Source: a virus. From it: a stretch of DNA of 64,000 bases. Both the position numbers and the translations under genes were made by a program. The DNA lies in IMG/VR virus record IMGVR_UViG_3300036832_000975, positions 1,050 through 65,049 of that record; one strand, 5' to 3'. Below the pieces are notes generated by a model. That model was not told the DNA's origin. It saw only the letters and a list, made by a program, of their open reading frames with translations, and ran no database searches. Shown piece after piece: positions 59,771-64,000 of this stretch. The stretch's first letter is position 1, and every line of letters starts with the position of its first letter.

Positions 59771-62700
59771 ATGACTGCGTCGATCAAACACACATTCGCC
59801 AGCTCTCATGGTGAAGACCCGGACCCAACATTGGTTGCCGCTAATGCATGGAATACCGACCATACGATCACCCTGAGCGCACCGGGATTGCTCGGCCGCA
59901 CGCCGGAGGGCACCACGACGGATGTGATTGTGGTCGGGACTGGTTTGTCGCTGGCTGGAAACGTGCTTACGAATACCGTGGCTGTCGGCCCTACCGGGCC
60001 CGCAGGTCCTGCGGGCCCAGCTAGTACGGTTCCTGGTCCGACTGGTCCTATAGGTCCCACGGGCCCGACTGGCCCTACGGGCCCGACTGGTCCGGCCAGT
60101 ACGGTTCCTGGTCCTACGGGTCCCGCAGGCAGCGTCATACAAAGTGGTTCAGTCACGGCTGGACATATTGCAACCTGGGTTGGAACAAACGTCATTCAGG
60201 ATGGTGGTCCGGTTCCCAGTGGTGGCGGTACTGGATTGTCGAATGTGTTCGCCACCATCGCATCATTGCATGGCGCCACGGTTTCGACTGGCGTTCCAGC
60301 TGTGTTTACGCAAGGTCGTATCAGCCCTGGCGACGGCGGTGATGCGACGTACCTATTGGCCCCGGTTCAATCTGCGGCGCCCAACCGGGAGCAATCGGCG
60401 GACGGGCAGTACTGGGAGTACAAGCCGGGCCCTGCCGGCATATGCCCGAATGCCTTCGGTGCAGTTGGGGACGGTGTTGCGCTGAACGATACGCCATGGA
60501 ATAATTTTCTCGCATCATTGAAGCTGTACGGCCGCACTCAGCCACTGGCGACGGTTACAATAGCGCCGTTGAGTGGCGCCGGAACGGCTGCCGTGATCTC
60601 ATGGCCGGCACACGGACGACGCCTCAACGACGCCATATTCTTCTCCACGACGGGGACACTCCCGACTGGGCTTACTCCAGGCGTTGCATATTACGTCATT
60701 ACGCCGGGCTTTCTGGCTGATAGTTTTCGCGTGGCGACTTCGAATAACTATGACCAGGCGCATGGTGAGGGGGCGGCTGTAACCATAACCGGAACCGGAA
60801 CCGGAACTCATTCGGCGGCGGTCGGCGGAGAACGGCCGATGCAAATATACATTTCTCCCGGTCATTATCTGTTCTCCAACAGTAATCCGAGCCTATCTGG
60901 GGGCAATCAGAAGAGTTGCATCGTATCGGCCTATGGCGCATCCATGATTCATGTAAGCGCTGGGCAAGGCTTGATAGGACAAGATCAGACTTTCAATTTT
61001 AATTCATGGTCATATATTCAATCTGCATTCCAAGGGCAGAGTTTCGTAGTCGTGGATGTTGTTGCGCATGCGTCGAGGTTTTTTGTTGGACAATGGATTT
61101 TTGTTGGCGGGCTTGATCTGCAAAACGCATTTGGAAGTCAGAACTGGCCACCAAACTGTCAATATAACCAACATCTAAAAATAACCGCCATAAATACATC
61201 TACTGGCCGCATCGACCTGAACGGTCAATTGTGGAGTGATTTGTTCTCTACTTGGCCTAAAATGAATGATGGCACTGCTGTAGGAGTTCCTATCGGCTCC
61301 GGCGCTGCTTTCATCATCGGGATGGGAACGACTTGGGACAATGAGACGGAGGTGCGTGGGCTCACCATCACGGGCCCAGGTCCAGATATCGGTCTAGCCA
61401 GGGAGCTAAGACTGACGGATGTGCATCATAATGGCGCGCAATCCTTCAATTGTGGATCATCAAAACGGTGGATCAATACACGATGTCGGTTTGGTAATCG
61501 CAATCCCGCAGCTCTGCAGGGGATGGAAATCGATAAATTAATGGAGTATGTCGAATTTAATGAATGCACAGCCGATGCTATAAATTTTGTCGCCCCTGGC
61601 GGATACATGGCTGTGATAGATCGATGTGATATCCTTACTTTATCTAGCACGGCCAGGAATATGAAAGTGTCAAATTCGATTATTCAGGAGTTTGATTATG
61701 GGCAATTTTTTGGCGCCAATGAAAGTCTAATTCTTGAAAACAACAAGATAAGTAAGTTCGTGCGCACTACCCGTCTTGACGATCCGCTGGCGAGTAGCGC
61801 TGTAGCAAACATGGTTGAAAATTGGACGTTCTCCGGCGGCACGCTCAAGCAACCGATTGCCACGACGAATGCAAATTGGTGGGCTGTCCCTGGTCGGAAA
61901 ATGTTCGTCAATGATATGGCAGGCATCTATGACAATATGGGCTCGCCATTCACGGTCAGAAATGTCTTCGTGGATGGATCGGGCAATTTCAGTATCGAGA
62001 CCGATCTGGCGGCATTGCCTGTTGGCAATAGCACAAAGAATACTGCTGTGTCATTCACGGGAAGCAATGTCAACTGGACGGCACATGGCCTGCCGGCCAA
62101 TACGCCGGTTGCCTTCTTGCCGGGAACTGGGACGTTGCCGTCCCCGCTATCGCCAGGGCAGGTTGTCTTTGTCCTTGCTGCGCCCCCGACCAATACATTT
62201 CAGGTCGCAACGACAGTTGGCGGCGTAGCGCTTACGTTCTCTGGGGGCACGGGCCCGAATACGGGCGTCTCCAATCCATTGCATTTCCAGCCCCATCCTT
62301 GCGTCAAGCTGACGGCTAGGGCGAACAGGGGCGATCCTCACTTGATGGACCTGAACGGCGCGGACAACGAGCCTATTTTTGGTCGTTCTCATCGTTCATT
62401 CGGCGGTTACACGACGGACAGCGTCAGTTTTTATACTGACCCTGTCATGTGGGGGCTGGTCAATCAAATCATCATCAATATTACACGACCAAGCAGCTTT
62501 GCTGGCGACAAGGTAGCGATATCCGGTACAGGTTTTAATAATCTGACGCCAACGGCTTATTCAGAAACAATTGATCTCACCGTTGGTCCTCGTGTAATCA
62601 CAATCACGCCGTCGGGGTTTACTATCGTCCCATCAAGCTCAACAGGCCCCAACGACATTCTGGCCGCTCTTAATCTATGGTTAGGGGGCCAAACCAACAT

Positions 62701-62869
62701 TCGTCCAGCCACGGCCAATGGTGGAGCTATAAATCAGAACGCTGTCTTTACGGTTACAATGACGACTGATCAAGGTATCACTCGCAATGACTTGACTTCG
62801 TGGCACGGACCGAATGACTCGCATATCGGTTTGTGGGCAGATACGACGGTAATTGGGAACCTGAACTGA
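59771..62869 (+). CDS. Tail fibre/tailspike with short collagen tract and beta-helix body
   Basis: (GPT)n linker; FGAVGDGVA.ND pectate-lyase-like start; two AHG..TGTLP..L..F.VAT domains; lower GC distal part. Confidence 0.8.
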   Translation: MTASIKHTFASSHGEDPDPTLVAANAWNTDHTITLSAPGLLGRTPEGTTTDVIVVGTGLSLAGNVLTNTVAVGPTGPAGPAGPASTVPGPTGPIGPTGPTGPTGPTGPASTVPGPTGPAGSVIQSGSVTAGHIATWVGTNVIQDGGPVPSGGGTGLSNVFATIASLHGATVSTGVPAVFTQGRISPGDGGDATYLLAPVQSAAPNREQSADGQYWEYKPGPAGICPNAFGAVGDGVALNDTPWNNFLASLKLYGRTQPLATVTIAPLSGAGTAAVISWPAHGRRLNDAIFFSTTGTLPTGLTPGVAYYVITPGFLADSFRVATSNNYDQAHGEGAAVTITGTGTGTHSAAVGGERPMQIYISPGHYLFSNSNPSLSGGNQKSCIVSAYGASMIHVSAGQGLIGQDQTFNFNSWSYIQSAFQGQSFVVVDVVAHASRFFVGQWIFVGGLDLQNAFGSQNWPPNCQYNQHLKITAINTSTGRIDLNGQLWSDLFSTWPKMNDGTAVGVPIGSGAAFIIGMGTTWDNETEVRGLTITGPGPDIGLARELRLTDVHHNGAQSFNCGSSKRWINTRCRFGNRNPAALQGMEIDKLMEYVEFNECTADAINFVAPGGYMAVIDRCDILTLSSTARNMKVSNSIIQEFDYGQFFGANESLILENNKISKFVRTTRLDDPLASSAVANMVENWTFSGGTLKQPIATTNANWWAVPGRKMFVNDMAGIYDNMGSPFTVRNVFVDGSGNFSIETDLAALPVGNSTKNTAVSFTGSNVNWTAHGLPANTPVAFLPGTGTLPSPLSPGQVVFVLAAPPTNTFQVATTVGGVALTFSGGTGPNTGVSNPLHFQPHPCVKLTARANRGDPHLMDLNGADNEPIFGRSHRSFGGYTTDSVSFYTDPVMWGLVNQIIINITRPSSFAGDKVAISGTGFNNLTPTAYSETIDLTVGPRVITITPSGFTIVPSSSTGPNDILAALNLWLGGQTNIRPATANGGAINQNAVFTVTMTTDQGITRNDLTSWHGPNDSHIGLWADTTVIGNLN

Positions 62870-62929
62870 TGGTATAGATTCGAGAAGACAGATACGAAAT
62901 TCATGACTGCAGAAGGTGGCGTGACGTAA

Positions 62930-64000
62930 ATGACCGGGCCCGTATTCTCGTCGAGGGTGTTTTCCGGTCTTGTGTTTTCGACGGATGTAACGTCGTATAT
63001 CCCGCCTAATACCCAGATATTAACAGCGAGCCGGGCCGGTCTTGGATCGGTGATCGTTACTGATGCTGGCAACAACAAAGCTCAAGTAATCTCGAATGTT
63101 GGAATCGTTCAAGCTTCGTTGCTGGTCTCGGTTGGTGCTGCTGCTGGCGTAGGTGCTGCTTCTGCGTTTTCCGCGGGAGCTTCGGTTGGCGCCGCGGCTG
63201 GTGTAGGCGCTGCTTTTGCACTCTCCGGTTCAACAGCAAGGGCGGCCGGTGTAGGCGCCGCTTCGGCGTTGATGGCGACGCAATCGACTGGCGCTGGCAT
63301 AGCTGCCGGTATCGGGGTCGGCGTAGCTGCCTCCATGGTGACGGGGTCGATATCGGCCAGCGGGCGTGCGGTTGGTGCAGGTGTCGCTTCTGCTTTTAGC
63401 ACTACCCCTAGTGGTAAGCCGAAGAAGGTTAAAGGCAGTGCCAGCGGTGTTGGGGCAGCCAATGCGTCCAGCGTTCGAGGGTCTGCTGGTTTTGCCACGG
63501 CGGTCGGCCAAGGTGGGGGTGACGCATCTTCTGCTGTTCTTGTGACGGGTGATGGTGCGGCGTTTGGTGTGGGCACGAGCCATGCGTCGACGTTATTGAT
63601 GTCCGGCGTAGTAGGGTACGCTGCCGGTTTTGGTAGCGCGGTTGGAATATCCCAGGCTGGCGTTGCAGGCTTTGCCAATGGGTTTGGGGGAGCCCTGGGT
63701 GTCTCGGGTATCGGCGGCGTCGGGTTTGCCAATGGCTACGGGAACGCATTTGCCAAGTACGCCTTCGAGGCTGATTCGGCTGGTTTGGCGCTTGGTTCGG
63801 GCGATGCAGTTGCGAAGATGCCTGCGATTGCTGCAGGAGCAGCGAGCGGTGTTGGTAATGCTATTGGTCAAGGTTCGTCCGCGGTTGCCGCGGTGGGGGC
63901 AGCTCAGGCGCGCGGCGATGCCATCGGTGCGGCTCTTGGGGCGGTCGTTGCCCGCGCCGGAGGCGCGGGTGCGGCAGCTAGTGTTAGTAGTGTTATTTCC
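62930..64000 (+). CDS. Gly/Ala-repeat structural protein (partial, runs off the window; absent from track)
   Basis: ATG 62930; GAAAGVGAA(S/F)A repeats; no stop seen before the window end. Confidence 0.65.
   Translation, partial: MTGPVFSSRVFSGLVFSTDVTSYIPPNTQILTASRAGLGSVIVTDAGNNKAQVISNVGIVQASLLVSVGAAAGVGAASAFSAGASVGAAAGVGAAFALSGSTARAAGVGAASALMATQSTGAGIAAGIGVGVAASMVTGSISASGRAVGAGVASAFSTTPSGKPKKVKGSASGVGAANASSVRGSAGFATAVGQGGGDASSAVLVTGDGAAFGVGTSHASTLLMSGVVGYAAGFGSAVGISQAGVAGFANGFGGALGVSGIGGVGFANGYGNAFAKYAFEADSAGLALGSGDAVAKMPAIAAGAASGVGNAIGQGSSAVAAVGAAQARGDAIGAALGAVVARAGGAGAAASVSSVIS

Noticed and set aside
63109-63871. - strand Pro/Ala-rich ORFs at the window end
   Set aside because: Antisense shadows of the + strand Gly/Ala-repeat gene starting at 62930.

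Overview
The window is most of a circularly permuted dsDNA tailed-phage genome (GC-rich, podovirus-like gene set; a soil alphaproteobacterial host is only a guess). The + strand carries packaging, head and fibre genes (47646-64000: putative terS, collagen-like fibre, terL, portal, scaffold, N4-gp56-type capsid, fibres) and the tail/ejection module (1-21920). The - strand (47300 to 21917) carries early genes, a MoxR AAA+/VWA-metallopeptidase module and a full replication set (family A polymerase, exonucleases, SNF2 helicase, SSB-like protein, AEP/DUF927 primase-helicase). No integrase, tRNA, CRISPR array or RNA polymerase is visible. Strongest observations: (1) two type II hammerhead ribozymes (46136-46197, 46898-46976, - strand) bracket one early gene and should cut the early transcript into single-gene units; the excised 777-nt RNA could circularise and rebuild a hammerhead at the junction. 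(2) The helicase contains a 252-aa intein whose HNH homing endonuclease is encoded in the +1 frame, overprinted on a stop-free linker. (3) A 19-bp palindrome GTGTTACA-N3-TGTAACAC recurs 5 times perfectly and 3 times nearly perfectly, including just upstream of the hidden HNH. (4) A 98-bp inverted repeat flanks an AT-rich core with a (TA)n run. All calls are from reading the sequence by eye; no searches were run.
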